A DNA stretch of 64,000 nucleotides, from NCBI GenBank assembly GCA_002633005.1, contig NMRA01000566.1, positions 62,001-126,000 of the forward strand, given 5' to 3'. Origin of the DNA: Phoronis australis (Eukaryota > Animalia > Phoronida). A program made the position numbers and the translations under genes. Each line of letters opens with the position of its first letter. The first letter of the stretch is position 1. The notes beneath the pieces were generated by a model that saw nothing but the letters and a program-made list of their open reading frames with translations, did not search any database and was not told where the DNA came from. This document shows, one piece after another, positions 1 to 13,782 of the stretch.

Positions 1-1900
1 GGGTCTTCGTTTATGTAAATGCCAGTGCGAGATTATCCACGTCCTATCCATATTGATAATACACACCCTGTTTTCGGAGTGTCAATTGCAAACCCGGAAT
101 TTCACACCTTTCTACGTCATCAAGTGAATCTGTTTCATGACAAATTCTTCCATTCTGTCAATTTGTTCTTTCTAATAACTGGAAAAGGAAATCGTTTTCC
201 CACGAAGTTCCATTAAAAAGAGTTTCTAGAAACTGTTGATCTGCAATACAGAATTGTAGATCAGAATCTGGAATCTGATCAATGTCGGCTGAATTATCAA
301 CCACGTATTGTTTTTTAATAGTTTTAATAATACTTTTTACAAAACTTACATATTCCATTTTTAGCAGGGAGTTTTTGAATTTGAAGGAAATAATTTTATT
401 TTGCAGAAATAGGTTTTAACGTCAGAGTTTCATTTCCTGGCTCACTTCTGACGTCCTCTTTCAACTTCAATAATCGCTCAGAAGTTAGGAAAAAATCTAA
501 TCTATTCCTTCTCTCCATGTATATCCGCTTTTGTCATGATTAAACTGAAGGCAAGCGTCTGATTAGAAGTAGTCGTGCACCGCTAAAAACTTTTCTCGAT
601 ATTTTGGATTATTTAAACGACAATAGTTATATGTGTCCAAAAACTGATTCAGATCTAAATTATTACCTCCTGTCCGTGTAATACACATATTTTCCAAATA
701 ACCGAGAAATTCTGAAACCTTCTCAAAAAATCTGGAGAGTCTCGGTTTGGACAATACGTGTTAAGAGTAGTTACATTTTTCTCATTGACACGCTGATAAT
801 CGTCATATTACCAGTCTCATAAGAAACATTTTTATGGATTTTAAATACAAAGTTTATTTAGCAAAGGTGCCAGCCCCCCGGGAAGTAAATTCATATGAGC
901 TGAAAAACCATTCATATCCCCAGGTTCCTCTTATGAAATTTCCAGCGTTTTAAACAAAATAGAATGTTCCTTTTCTTTGAGAAAATTGAAAATATCTTTT
1001 CAAGTTGGTCCAAACTGACAAATAATTCACCTGTCACTTAATTTAGAGTGTTATTGTAAATTAAAAAGGAAATGAACCAGGTTAATATGTGTAAAAGGCC
1101 AATTAAACAAACAAACAGGGGAATAGTTTCAATGATTCCTAAAGATTGCTACCGGATAAAAACAAAAATTTTAGAATATGAATCCCTCAGAGTTGCTATA
1201 ACTGGAACTTTGATGTCGCTTTGCGCAACTATCTTCTTCAGCAAACGGTCAGAGTCCAATGTCGTTGATAAAATAACTACACAAACGTTGCGAAATTTGC
1301 AGATAAGGGTTTTCTGATCAATAAAAAGTGGGCAAAAATCTATCACGTAGCTCTGAAATGCCCTGTGGAAAGCTCTTTACATGGGTTTCGGTATAAGATA
1401 TTCATGGATATTGATCAACAAGCTCATGTCTCCACAAACTAAAACTTAGTGATACTGATTCATGCAAGATACATTGTAACCGTTTATGCTTAATTTGTCA
1501 TTAAAGAAAGTGGCCTTTGGAAAATAAGATTATTCATAATGAACAGACATTTTAACTCGGAGCACTTGTTGCACAGTTGTCAATATTGGTGAATGAGAAA
1601 CGGGAGAACTGGATTGAGAAGTGGGACATTCGGATAAAATGCGTGATACCTGGGTCTATGTCCAAACATAAGTTCAAAATGTTAACCATAACCACTCCAA
1701 AACGTCCTGACAGTAATTTTGTCAAACGGGAGTTTACGGGTGCCGTACATGTAACAGCAAAAAATCGCCCGACGGCGTTTCTTTGGTTTTTAATCGAACG
1801 GGAAATTATGGGTGCCTCACAAACTCGAAACGCCCCGTTTTTCATACTATAAATAACAGCACTGTTCACAAATCATAGTTACTACGTACCAAGGTACACA
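1..1900 (-). mobile_element. Degenerate L1/Tx1-clade non-LTR retrotransposon (APE endonuclease and start of ORF2; possible ORF1 remnant upstream), running off the window
   Basis: Frameshifted minus-strand peptides match Tx1 ORF2 motifs: KDIFNFLKEK, GGNNLDLNQFLDTYNYCRLNNPK (GDFN-like), RLDFFLTSE, FKFKNSLLK (WKFNNSLL-like) and QQFLETL..MELRGKTISFSSY. The 5' boundary is approximate. Confidence 0.65.
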
Positions 1901-4889
1901 TATTCAATTCAAAATTGCTGATGTCTCAGTCCATGTACTGCCTCAATGAACAGGTGTCATTTATATTACGTTTGGCATCGAAAAAGGCCACAAGGAATTA
2001 TTTGGAGTCAATTTTATTTTATTTTTTCTGCCATTATCAACACTTATACATGTAGCTAAATCTTGGCCAAGCAGATGCCCACACAAAGCTAATTCGTTCA
2101 AGGCGGAATGACACGCTTTAGTCTGGATTAAAACTAATAGCAATGTATTGGTCAAAAAAATCGGGTAGGGGTTCATCCGTGTTCCCGTCACGATTACGGC
2201 AAATGTTTGTTCAATCAATTACTGTTGTCCCGGTCAGGCGATAACGTTGCCCCTACGCCAATCCCACTTAGCACCCACCACCGCAATAATTTGGATGGTA
2301 TCCCTTAGCTGTAATTATAATTATATCAACGTTTTTACCGCTCACACTTCAACTGGGCACGATGCCCACATGAACATTTCAGATATTACTCAGAAAGTTT
2401 ATCATAAAAATTGGACCAGAATTTTGTTAAGCAATAAAACTGCAGACATGCCACTGCAAGATTTTCGAACAAATGGAGGTCGACGATATCATTATCATTA
2501 TCAGTTGCAAACCATTTGACAGGTAGTCAAAAGAGTCGTGAAGGAGCACCCCGAATATCACCACAACCCAAAAGCTGGCACCTTGCTTCTATAGCCTAAC
2601 GCTTTCTAAGACTGGAGCTGAAAGGACTTTAGAATCAACCAACCAGGGCCATGGGTAGGTACGTATAAAGAATGCATTTTTCGCAGGTTTGTTAAGAAAT
2701 TTTACAAAAAAAAAATCTCTGGGTTATCTGGAACTGTACCTAGAAATCCTGTTTCATGATTCCATTATAAGTAAAAATGACAAAATCAACACGAAGCTTT
2801 GAAATTCGGTTTCATTCGATAGCTACAACACTCGATCAAAACTCAGTCGAGTGGACAGCCGGAAATACACAGTGAAGCCTCACGAGGCCAGGCAGTAAAT
2901 TCTCGGGGTCGCAAGCCCTAACACTGAAGAGTATGGATCACTCGCAGGAATTGGATTTCCATTCCTCCAGTTCTGTGTTAAAGCACAGTTAATGACTTGA
3001 AATTTGACCTATAGTAAAACGCTGCGACTGCAAGTCCACAATATATGCAAAATTTGATTTTTTACGAAAGTTTTGTTGAATTTTGTGAAACTACCATTTT
3101 GAGGGAGTTTCGGATGTTTTGTAATTTTCTCTAGGACGTCGCTTATTTGAATTATTCAGGGTTTTCTGATGACACTTTTCCCGTGTTGACTGCTGTTTGC
3201 TGCACTTTAGTTGGTTTACCTACTCAAGAACGAGATTTTATTTTTCCTCATCTCTAATATCTTCACTCGTCATGTGATTGTTATCATCATGTTCATCATC
3301 GCCACCAGCATTATCATCATCATTGTCACAGCCATTCATCATTCAATATTTTCGTCGTCTTTTCAGTCTACTTCGCCATGTGTCGCTCCCCAGAGAGCTT
3401 TCATGATTTGTGTTGTTGCTGGTTTCGAAATTTTTGTTTGAAAAAGAAACAGTTTCCTATGACTCTGAAGATAGTTATGCGACCAATTCCTTGAGAATAT
3501 AAAGCCTTGTTTGATTTGCGTTTTTTAGCCAGCTAACTATGCCAAATTTAGCTTTAAGCCAAACAATGTTATCATTAACCTCACTTTGAAGAAGTTGTGG
3601 ATTGTCAGGTCTTCCATGAGGCCAGAGGTCACTCACTACCAAACTAGCAAAATGTATAAAGAACAACACAAGACCAATTCGATTCATAAGTGATAGAAAT
3701 AATCAATTTTAGTTTTCGGATAGAATTATAAGGGGTCACTGCCCTGTACCGAGTCAAAACTTTAAAGGCGATTTGATAAACTGACGCTCGTCTTATAGGA
3801 TAATTTACAAGATACATCGAGTGGGGCTGTAGAATTCATCTGGAACAAAAACAACGCTCCGTAAGTACCAAACTTTCATAAAAACAACACTCCATAACTA
3901 CCGAACTTTCACAAAGGATTGCCAAACAAAACTGTGCATGCCAAGAATTGTACGATGACACCTGGCTTTCCTCGTTTCCAACTACCGGGTCGAAAATGAG
4001 GGCCAGTGAACGGGACGAGTTACATGTACATGTATCACTCTCGACCCGTGTGGATGTATGATTCTTTTCGCATATGTCATGGCCAGCAGTAAAAACCTGA
4101 AGCGTAGTTACCTTGATCAGTCTACACCGGCAATGAGGTACGTTCGATCTCTTCGGTGAATTTCCAGTGTTGAAATCAAACACAGGCGAACGGCCTGAAG
4201 AGGACTCTTGCAGGTCAAACTAAAGCATACAATAAGCCGACTTCCCAGGCGGTGAGGAATTCAGGCCAACTCAGTGTGACACGTGATCTCAGGTACCTGA
4301 TAACACTGCAACGTCCTACAAGATTATCAATGGGATGGGCATTTTTTAACATAGAACTCTAGCCCTGGAATACCCACTTCGATCTGGCGCCGTTGAGGTT
4401 GCGCGGCTTATGCGTGGCATTTTTGTGCAATGTTTTGTAATACGTTCCCGTTGTTGGTTCTTGCTACGGAATTTACTTCTCCGTTTTCAACAGAATTGCA
4501 TCAGAGTCAAGCCATTAGAAACCCTTTAACCGGTTCTTGTTGGTGTATGGTTACACCAGAGGCAAAAGATAAATAATCCAATTCATAAATACATGTTATC
4601 AGATGTCGCATATCTCAGAGCGTTAGAAACGTGTTTTTTATTTTAAAAACTAAGAGTGTTGCCAAACGGGATAAACAATATGATGTAATTGTAAATGTGA
4701 CATTTCAGGACCATAGTCCTATACGTACAGTGTATATCGCACGAGCAGGCCACAAAAAGCCTTAAAAATTTCTAAGCGTCTTGTGATTACTCTGCCTAAA
4801 GACAAGTTATGACCGTAGTTTGACAAGTAATAGGGCTATCATGATCACGTTTGCTTTTTGCGATAAAAAGACGAAAATTGAGAAGGGAA

Positions 4890-5375
4890 GGAGGGTTGGG
4901 GATCAGCAGTTGGTTGGATTTCAAACCCCTTGGCTGCACTTCAGAACTAGTCGGGTGGACTACAAAACCAAATGGCCGGTGATCGATCGTGTTGTCCGGA
5001 GCTCAAAACGCAATGGCCTCACCCAAAAAAACTAGTTGGTTGGACCCAAAACATGATGGCAGTTGTAAAAAACATTTGGTCGGACTTCATCCGCGACTCG
5101 TTTTGAATACTCTGACGGGTACAAGTGACGTCTAGTATTTATTTTTCGTAGCCTTTTGTTTGTTTTATTCAAAATCGGCGATTTGTTCGGCCATTGTGTT
5201 TGATGACCAGCCAACCCGTTTAACCAGATTGTTGGGTGCAGCCATCTGGTTTTGAGGTAGCGGCCAACCCCCAAGTTAGAACACCGGCCATTTGGGTTTG
5301 CAATTCAGCCTTCTGATTTTGAAGTCCGGGCAAGTGGTTTTGAAGTCCCCGGCCACCAATTGTTGAACCGCCCTA
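4890..5375. mobile_element. Old MITE-like element with ~100-bp imperfect terminal inverted repeats
   Basis: 4900-4985 (tcagcagttgg...ttcaaacc...caaatggccggtg) is an imperfect reverse complement of 5280-5370 (caccggccatttg...ggttttgaa...ccaattgttga). Confidence 0.45.
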
Positions 5376-5907
5376 TTGATTGACAGAGACTCTTTACTTG
5401 ACGACATTTCTAAGTCACAATCTGCCGGCACCTTGCGCGAAAACAATGGGACCGACCATTGCCGCAGTGATTTATTGCTGGGCGGACATTTTTAGTGGAT
5501 AATCAAGACATCTTACAAAATATAAATACGTTACTTTACTGCTTAGCAGCAAAATAACAATATGTTTACAAGTAGCCTTACCAAAGCAATGCTATGTGGT
5601 GTGTTGTGAGGATGCACTCGGTCATGAAAACTGGTGTCACCACTAGAGTGAAAAAAAACTATTATTTACTTTTGGTTTTGGATATGTTCATGTATTATTA
5701 TTGCCAACAAGCTGTTGGTGCTGACTACATATATCAATGTATGATTTCAAGCACAGATTGAGAGATGTAAACTTCCAAAAAAGTTTCAAGCTATTGGAAG
5801 CATGGATAATTGTATTTTTAATGTTCAATCAAGTCAGAGGTGGTTTATGAGAAACATGTGTTCAAGTATTTTTCATTTGTTCAAGATTTTGTTATAGCGA
5901 ACATGAG

Positions 5908-6118
5908 CAGCCGGTTTTAAGTTGAACCTGGTTTAAACTGAACTTAGACCAGGATAACCCACATTCCATAATTGTGGTCTAGCAAAACCTGGTTTAACTC
6001 CAGTTTATACCTGGTCTAAGTCACTTTTCATTTCACCAACGAGGTCCATATTCTTTAGACCCGCATTTCGATCTTAAACCAGGTTTAATTTGAGACTTGG
6101 TTAGACCCAGGTTTAATA
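5908..6118. repeat. Cluster of short AACCTGGTTTAA / TTAGACCAGG motifs in both orientations (MITE-like)
   Basis: The motif recurs near 5924, 5944, 5986, 6009, 6074 and 6101 in direct and inverted orientation. Confidence 0.4.
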
Positions 6119-7376
6119 CTGTTGACTGTGGCAGACACGCACGATAGAGATGCAACTGAACAACGCTGCGGTGGGCATTTACGACGCAGTTATAGAGCGA
6201 GAATGGGCTATTTTCAGTTTTAGAACGACACAGATAAAACGTAGCAGAGGTGGATCCAGGATTTTCAGTGGGGGTCGAATCAAGGATTTTTGAAAGGAGC
6301 AATCCATGTCTACAGTTTGAAAATTATAGATTAGATATCACCGTAAAATCAAGGGAAAAGGGGGACCCGGACCCTTGGATCCGCTTATGCGTAGGCTTGT
6401 ACGTGTTGCAAGGTGTCCCTCGGATTCCTCAGAATACGTCTGGTCGAGCAGAGCGTCATCGTCTTAAAGGCTACGATTTGACTGAAGAGGGTATCTTCTG
6501 ATTCTTCTGACTGCGTACCACCTTCAATGGTCCCCGATCTAAGGTTGCCGGGCAGGGTCCTGCATCCCCTTGTCCGCAAAAAATAAACCCTACAATGACA
6601 CGGAAATAAATTTGAGCATTAATTATGTTCCGGCTAATCGTGAGCTTGCACTTGAATGAGTGTATGTGTGTTGGGCAGAGATATTACAAAATGAAAAATG
6701 TCCCCTCATGATATTTTACATGTATATCTGCCATTCGGTCCCTCACCATTTTTCTTTGCAATTTTTTCACTGATGAACTTTTCTTTCTGTCCTTCATTTT
6801 TTAGTGATACCCTTTCACTGTTTGTCGCTGCATTTCTCCGATTGTGGGAGCAGTGCAGCCAGTCTTGACCAATATATCTCCAAGTCTGCTGCTTACGTTG
6901 ACTTAATTTGGCACCAGTTTTCTTGTTCTCTATAACATTGGCTTTTTCTTTAATCAGTTCCTGGAGGGAACAGTTTCCTCATGTGAAAAGCTTTTAGACC
7001 AAATGGAAGCTGGGAGAATTTTATGGGGGGCATGGCCCTCTCTAAATCCGCCACTGACATTTATATACTTTGTGTACTATACAATATTTTAAATGCATTC
7101 TTAGTTTTGACTTTAAACTGAAGAACATTTAATATTTACATCTGATTACCGTACTTTGTGTTACGGCAGGGTCAAATGTCTGGAAAGAATTTTGTTCTGC
7201 CTATGGGAAGAATCCCACAGCCGCACACATTAATTGCCTACTAAAATCTGAGAAGTAACAGAAATTCTTCTTGAAGCTTTGAACACGGTCTCGTCAAGAA
7301 GTATTCCTGTCTATCAGTGCGATGAACACTCGATCAGTACACTCTTAGGTGTAGCTATTTCCCCTCGGCGTTTCCC

Positions 7377-7416
7377 ACTAGCTGCTACCCGTGCGAAAGC
7401 ACGGGTAACGGCTAGT
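7377..7416. mobile_element. Helitron-type 3' terminus (GC-rich hairpin followed by CTAG-T)
   Basis: ACTAGCtgcTACCCGTGC-GAAA-GCACGGGTAacgGCTAGT: a stem-loop just upstream of CTAG|T, symmetric on both strands. Confidence 0.55.
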
Positions 7417-7849
7417 AATAAATAATCTTTGAAGATGTAATATTAAAACTTAAAAAATGTTGATCGATAACAGTCAGCAGGGCTTCACTGAATTGACCTT
7501 GAGACAGTACAACTAGACCGCGTTTCTTGAGTTGGGATTCGTTTCCGTTCCAATGAACGAGGATATGGAATTTGCCGCCGAAGATGGACTCGTTTAAGAA
7601 GTTATTGCATGTCTTTCCGACTGGAACTACGTACATGTACGAGCGACACCCGATTTGTCAATCATAACATTGTCACCGTCTCGGAATTCCGGCATTGTTT
7701 GGTTGACGCGTTTGGTTGTTTTAGTGTCTTGAAGACGATAAAATGTAAGGCATATGGATTTCTAATTTGCACTACTTCGTGATTCACCCATGTAATATCA
7801 AAAAAATTACGTAATCGATGTTATTAACCAGTCGTGTCGTAACACATTC

Positions 7850-8460
7850 CAGGTGATGGGCGAATACGTCAAATATATCACAAAAGGAAAAGGTGCTGAC
7901 GTCTTCATAATAGAAACTTGTCTGCCAAATTTCATGAAAAATCATTAAGGAACTCTGAAGTCACAAAGGCAAAAAGAAATTGCCACTACGGATGATATCA
8001 GTTGTATCTGGCCTGGTTTGAAACTTATCGTCGTCTGTTGCCATATCCACAGGAACACATCTGCTAAATTTCCTAAAGGTCTTGAAAAGCAGGAGATAGA
8101 TACAGCCGTGGACGTAAAAAAACAAAATTGCCACTAAGGAGCACTAGAGATGCCGAACACGTCCGAAACTCAACATTAACCTCGGTCTTCTCATCAGGAA
8201 CACATCTCCTAATTTTAGTAATGATTCTTCAAGGTTTTTGGTGTATGGAGAATGTGACGTTAAAACTTACTAACGTTCCGAAAAACCGAATTGGCACTAG
8301 GAGTCACTCCGGTAGTCGCCGGATCCCAGTCCGTCATAAAATTTGCTCGCGCCGTCCCATCCACGAAAAGGACATATCTGGAAACGGGCGGGCGCCGGAC
8401 GGACGCCGGACGAATGCTGGACGGACGGGGATCACGGCATAAAGCGCCCAAATATTTATA
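7850..8460 (+). mobile_element. Truncated copy of the Helentron-associated (HINE-like) repeat family
   Basis: Shares aaattgccacta subrepeats, gccaaatttcatgaaa, a (GGAC)n-like tract (8397-8427) and 'ggcataaagcgccca' with the copies at 37250 and 49414. Confidence 0.6.
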
Positions 8461-9559
8461 AGTGGACTCATAATAAAATGCCTTGTAAATGACGATGGCC
8501 TTTGAGGTGCTTGACCGACGAAATGTTGAACTTAGCAAAATGAAACAGTAAAATCTGTTAAAACAGTGTATATAAGTGCACAAATTTATAACAACACTAT
8601 CGACATTTTCAAATGTAACACTTTAAATAATACCAACATTTTCAAGAGGATATGACTAAAACAAATAACAAAGATAAAAACTGGTAACACGAATCTACGA
8701 AGCCTTCTATGGCTATTGAATAAAGTCAAACCAACAGTAACTACTATTACTCAAATTGGGATTGTTGAGATCAGTCTTGAGGTATGTTTTCGCTCTTCGA
8801 GGTATTGACACACTTGATCATACCAAAGGGTACCAGACATATTAAATTAAAGTTAAAAACACAGTATGTACCTACATACGAACTGAAAAATGTTCCACAT
8901 GGACAAAATTATCACTTTCGTTTATCACTGACATATTCTGTCTATAATGTAATTCCTCGTGCAGACCTTTAGATTGCGATTCTCTGGTACCCTTATTTCT
9001 AACCACTACAGGTTCCCAACACTATGCTATCGATTACACATAAAGAAGTGATTGTCTCTAAAATATATTACTAACAGTGAAGGTTAGATCTACTGGTGTT
9101 TCACCGAAAATCAATTATAACTTCACGTCACAGCACACTTTTTTATTGCTAAATGTACATTTAAACCTGTGGTCTGTTCTAAAAGCTTGATTTCAGGTGG
9201 TTCGGTCCGGTGGTTTCTCGATAATTGTCATATTTTGTATTTTTGTCTTTGCTGAAATGCAGATTCCAATAATATGTTCACCAAAATCTAAAACAATGTT
9301 CAAATGTTTTCTAGCATGTCGTGACACAACGACTACTTTGCGGCTTGGTGCCACACTGTAGGCAATAATTCTTAACTCTAATCTACATTAAATTTTCATA
9401 TATAAAAACCTGAATTTTTGCGTTGTTATGTAACATGATTTCAATTGAAATGGAACGGAAGGAGTATATGTAACTACTGTACTAGGGCAAATACAGAGCG
9501 ACGACAAGCTGATATGAAGTCGTTAGCTGCATCCCGGACCATGCAGGACGTGAGATCAC

Positions 9560-9965
9560 GGCTGCTCAATAACTACATGTACAACGAGAAGACGTATCTC
9601 TGCACAAAATGTGGGATCAAACCGAAGCCAAGTAAAAGGGTGGTGAGTGATAGAGGTTCAGCGAGGAATACTCTATCGGCTAAAGTGTAAGATCAAGGGC
9701 TGTGACATGGTGACAAAAAAGTTACGGAAGTCCGGGACGAGGCTCGCCCAAGAATTTATACTCGGAAAACATTTCGGTGTTGGTAAGACAACTGAGCGTA
9801 TCAACAGCAACTTCTAAAGGCAGGAGTGACATCAGAAGTTACTCAGTTCCGCAGATCATGTGACATGTACCAAAAGACGATTCCAAATCGCGATTGACCT
9901 TCTTGGCCGCATAGCTGCAGTGTCGGATAAGGGTAACAGGTATATTGTAATGGAAGTAGATTTTG
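9560..9965 (+). pseudogene. Isolated degenerate Ty3/gypsy integrase fragment (H2C2 zinc region and start of the catalytic core)
   Basis: Translates across frameshifts as LAQEFILGKHFGVGKTTERINSNF..TSEVTQFRRSCDMYQKT..IAIDLLGRIAAVSDKGNRYIVMEVDF. This parallels the integrase at 19400-19690. Confidence 0.7.
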
Positions 9966-10585
9966 GGCGTTATGGCTGCAGAATTAAAAGTTTCATTATA
10001 TAATATAGACATCAGATTTCAAAGCTCAAATATTTTTTGTGGAATTTCCAGGAAAGACTGCACTTTACAGTTCCTCAACACGCGCGTACCCCGCCTAAAA
10101 TGTAGGGGCTCGAAGTTTTGATGATGTGGACCTTTTACTAACAAAAAACGGGAGACTAAACACGGGGGAACACGTTTAGAGCTTTAAATTGTGCATTTGC
10201 ACCTTTTTAATGGACTTTTATCTCGTGTTCTTGGACTTTCTCTAGGGCGGACCTTTTTGCCCACTTCGCCAAATAGGGGGAGGGGGGTTCGTTCGAGCCC
10301 TCCGAATCCCCCCCCCCGGTTGTGCTCAAGCTAAAGCCGACGATTTACTTGCCCAGTCGGAAGTAAAACTATGACTTACATTTGTACATGTACACTAGAG
10401 ATCGTCAGTGAATAATGACTTCGCGGCCATTAGTGTTGATCGCGCCTTGTGTACAGAGTAGCCGGTCCATGTACTACATGGAATAGTCCATGGATATCCT
10501 GGGAAAGTCTGACCTTCATGCAGATTACTTGTGTCGAAAAGAAGGAAACAGATGTAAAACAGATACACGTGCATGCACATGTACG

Positions 10586-10648
10586 CTTACACACACATGC
10601 ATAGATACATACATACATAGATACATACATACATACATACATACGCAC
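10586..10648. repeat. (CA)n/(ATAC)n microsatellite
   Basis: acacacac...atacatacatacatagatacatacatacatacatac read directly. Confidence 0.9.
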
Positions 10649-11366
10649 ATTTATATAATCGTGCTTTCACTCATGTCTATTCATGTGCTTGTTGCCGCAT
10701 AATATCTTTCAGGAGAGTACATGTATTTGTCTCTAGATAACTCTTAAATTTAAATGGATATTCCAAGCAAAAGTGAAACTCAGACTCAGTGTTAGGCTAA
10801 GCTCAAACAGAACATACATATAGCTTCTCCGGCATACCGAGGGTAACCTGAATATCTACCTACTTCAATCGTTTAATGTACAGAACATAGAAGTCTAGTA
10901 ACTTGGCCTCTCTACTTTCTACTCTATCTATATGCAGTGAAAGCAACTATGAAAAGTACCAAACTCATTGTATATAAACAATCTTTCTTCCCATTTCTGC
11001 TGATATCACAGTGCCTTTGCTTAAAATGCGATGAAAATCCAGCTCAACACTTTGACAATTAATTAAACAAGGCTTCATAGTTGAATCCTCCACATGTTAC
11101 TGGTGTCAACTACCATGTACGCAGTAGAGATCTGACACTTGGATCAGTCCTACATGTTTACAGGAATTGTCCGCTTTTCATTTTTAAAGATGAAACAACA
11201 CTGAAATCAACAAAACTGTTAGCACTTAGGAATTCACCCTTATTCTGTGCAAAATGAACATTTGTAAGAGTGCAATAACGTATCCGCCTGCTCGTGAAAG
11301 CGCTCTTTGCAGAACGGTGCTCGTTTACGAAACCTGTGGCGCTTCATACACTGCACCAACTTCGCT

Positions 11367-11564
11367 CTACGTTGTTGTTTGTCCTTGCGATGTATTAAAC
11401 TCAGCCCGCCATCCACACACGGTTTGTTTAAGAGTTTTCCGAAAGCGTGCCGAGAATTTAGCGTATATGACTAAATTATAAGACACACTAAACGCTGACA
11501 GGCTCATTTTGAGCATGTTGACTGGTCCGTCGAGCGAGCTACTCAAATCTTCGTTTGTTATCTT
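11367..11564 (-). CDS. Rhodopsin-class GPCR, exon 3 (ECL3, TM7, helix 8, stop)
   Basis: Acceptor ttttgcAG|AAG in phase 0 matches the exon 2 donor. Peptide is KITNEDLSSSLDGPVNMLKMSLSAFSVSYNLVIYAKFSARFRKTLKQTVCG...; NLVIY corresponds to NPxxY and FR to helix 8. Confidence 0.85.
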   Translation of the reverse strand, partial: KITNEDLSSSLDGPVNMLKMSLSAFSVSYNLVIYAKFSARFRKTLKQTVCGWRAEFNTSQGQTTT

Positions 11565-13023
11565 CTGCAAAATACACCACAAGAAAACACTGAAAGCACC
11601 AATATACAAGTTACAAAACCTTACAAAAATAGTCATAGCAATGCAAAATAAGGCCAAAAAGACAGCTGAATTTGGTCTAAAATCTGTTTCAACACATAGG
11701 TGGTGGTGCGGCATTTTCTAGTTGTTTACCTTTTTAAAAAATGGAAAGCAACCTGAAACGAGCAAAATTGACGTGGGATTTGCTGTTTCGCTCGTCAACT
11801 GGAAAATCATGGTGCTTCAAACCTTAGCAACTGTTCAAAACACACAAAACCACATTGGCAGAAATTAACGCGAGCGGTAGTATTTTTTCGTTTAATCCGT
11901 AGGTGCAGGTCTCAAAATTAGTCTACAAGCAGATAGAAATCAGAATCAACTGTGTTTTTGGCCTAATGATCATTATAATTCTATTACCTTCGTAACTTAT
12001 TAAAACACTTTCTGTTAGAACGTTTCTTCACAAAAAGATATTCGGTGGTTATTTACCCAGGTTTTCGCACGAATGTCTAGTTTCTAACAATCGAAAAGAA
12101 CCTCGACTGAGCTAAAAGTTATTTTTTTGCGATATGCATAATGTGCTTTCTGCTCAAATTAATCAACTCCACGCTTTTCAAGTGCCAATGTCTTTATGTT
12201 ACAATTTCCTGACATGACAATTAACGCCAATAATCTGTATAAAAGATCTTTGATGTAATGAGAAGTCGATAACTGTCGTACAATATATCTTGGTGTGCCT
12301 AGTGTACACGTATCAGCAGCCATCACAAGTCTTAAACTTTCGTAGTTAAATGATTAATTTATTTCCGCATTCTTTTATAGACTTTCAGGGATTCCTTTTC
12401 ACCACGAGCTGTCTCCGAAATGTACATTAGGGTCGAATGAAAGTTTAAGCTATTTATCGTAATCTATTTTGCCCGGGGTACGCCACGAGCTATGTTGCAG
12501 AGTAAAACAAGAGGAGGATTGGGAATATTTGTCATTTATTATGACGTAATAGATAAAACTAACTAAGACTCTGCAAGATGGGCATGCAGAAAACGCCCAC
12601 CGGCGTGTACAATAAATAGCCCTGCAAGAGGGAACAAAACAAAAGAACTGCCTGAAGGGCTTAAAGGAAAAGTACAGAACATGAACACAAAACCTGAAAA
12701 AACCTAACAGGAAGTGTATACGAGCAAACAGAAGGTGGAACCGCCACCCGGGATGGGGGGTGGGGAAAAAATGAAGAGAACGAACGTAGGTCTTGTAGAC
12801 GACGAGGTAGGTGGCTGAATGAGAGACCACGTTGAACAGAACAAAGGAAATATGGGCGACCAATCAGGAGTCGCGTAGAGAAACGTATGAATACAAAAGT
12901 AGGCCCTAGAGGCTATAAATAGAGATGAGTAATGCAAAATAAACCCTAAGGACTGGTCTCAAAATAAAGAGACAAGTGTCAAAATAATGACGATAAATGC
13001 ATTTAACAAGTTAAATTTAATTT

Positions 13024-13782
13024 NNNNNNNNNNNNNNNNNNNNNNNNNNNNNNNNNNNNNNNNNNNNNNNNNNNNNNNNNNNNNNNNNNNNNNNNNNNNN
13101 NNNNNNNNNNNNNNNNNNNNNNNNNNNNNNNNNNNNNNNNNNNNNNNNNNNNNNNNNNNNNNNNNNNNNNNNNNNNNNNNNNNNNNNNNNNNNNNNNNNN
13201 NNNNNNNNNNNNNNNNNNNNNNNNNNNNNNNNNNNNNNNNNNNNNNNNNNNNNNNNNNNNNNNNNNNNNNNNNNNNNNNNNNNNNNNNNNNNNNNNNNNN
13301 NNNNNNNNNNNNNNNNNNNNNNNNNNNNNNNNNNNNNNNNNNNNNNNNNNNNNNNNNNNNNNNNNNNNNNNNNNNNNNNNNNNNNNNNNNNNNNNNNNNN
13401 NNNNNNNNNNNNNNNNNNNNNNNNNNNNNNNNNNNNNNNNNNNNNNNNNNNNNNNNNNNNNNNNNNNNNNNNNNNNNNNNNNNNNNNNNNNNNNNNNNNN
13501 NNNNNNNNNNNNNNNNNNNNNNNNNNNNNNNNNNNNNNNNNNNNNNNNNNNNNNNNNNNNNNNNNNNNNNNNNNNNNNNNNNNNNNNNNNNNNNNNNNNN
13601 NNNNNNNNNNNNNNNNNNNNNNNNNNNNNNNNNNNNNNNNNNNNNNNNNNNNNNNNNNNNNNNNNNNNNNNNNNNNNNNNNNNNNNNNNNNNNNNNNNNN
13701 NNNNNNNNNNNNNNNNNNNNNNNNNNNNNNNNNNNNNNNNNNNNNNNNNNNNNNNNNNNNNNNNNNNNNNNNNNNNNNNNNN
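13024..13782. other. Assembly gap (N run)
   Basis: Continuous run of n. Confidence 1.

Noticed and set aside
3211-3441. Hydrophobic 76-aa ORF
   Set aside because: It derives from a degenerate (ATC)n tract, has a TTG start and shows no recognisable motif.
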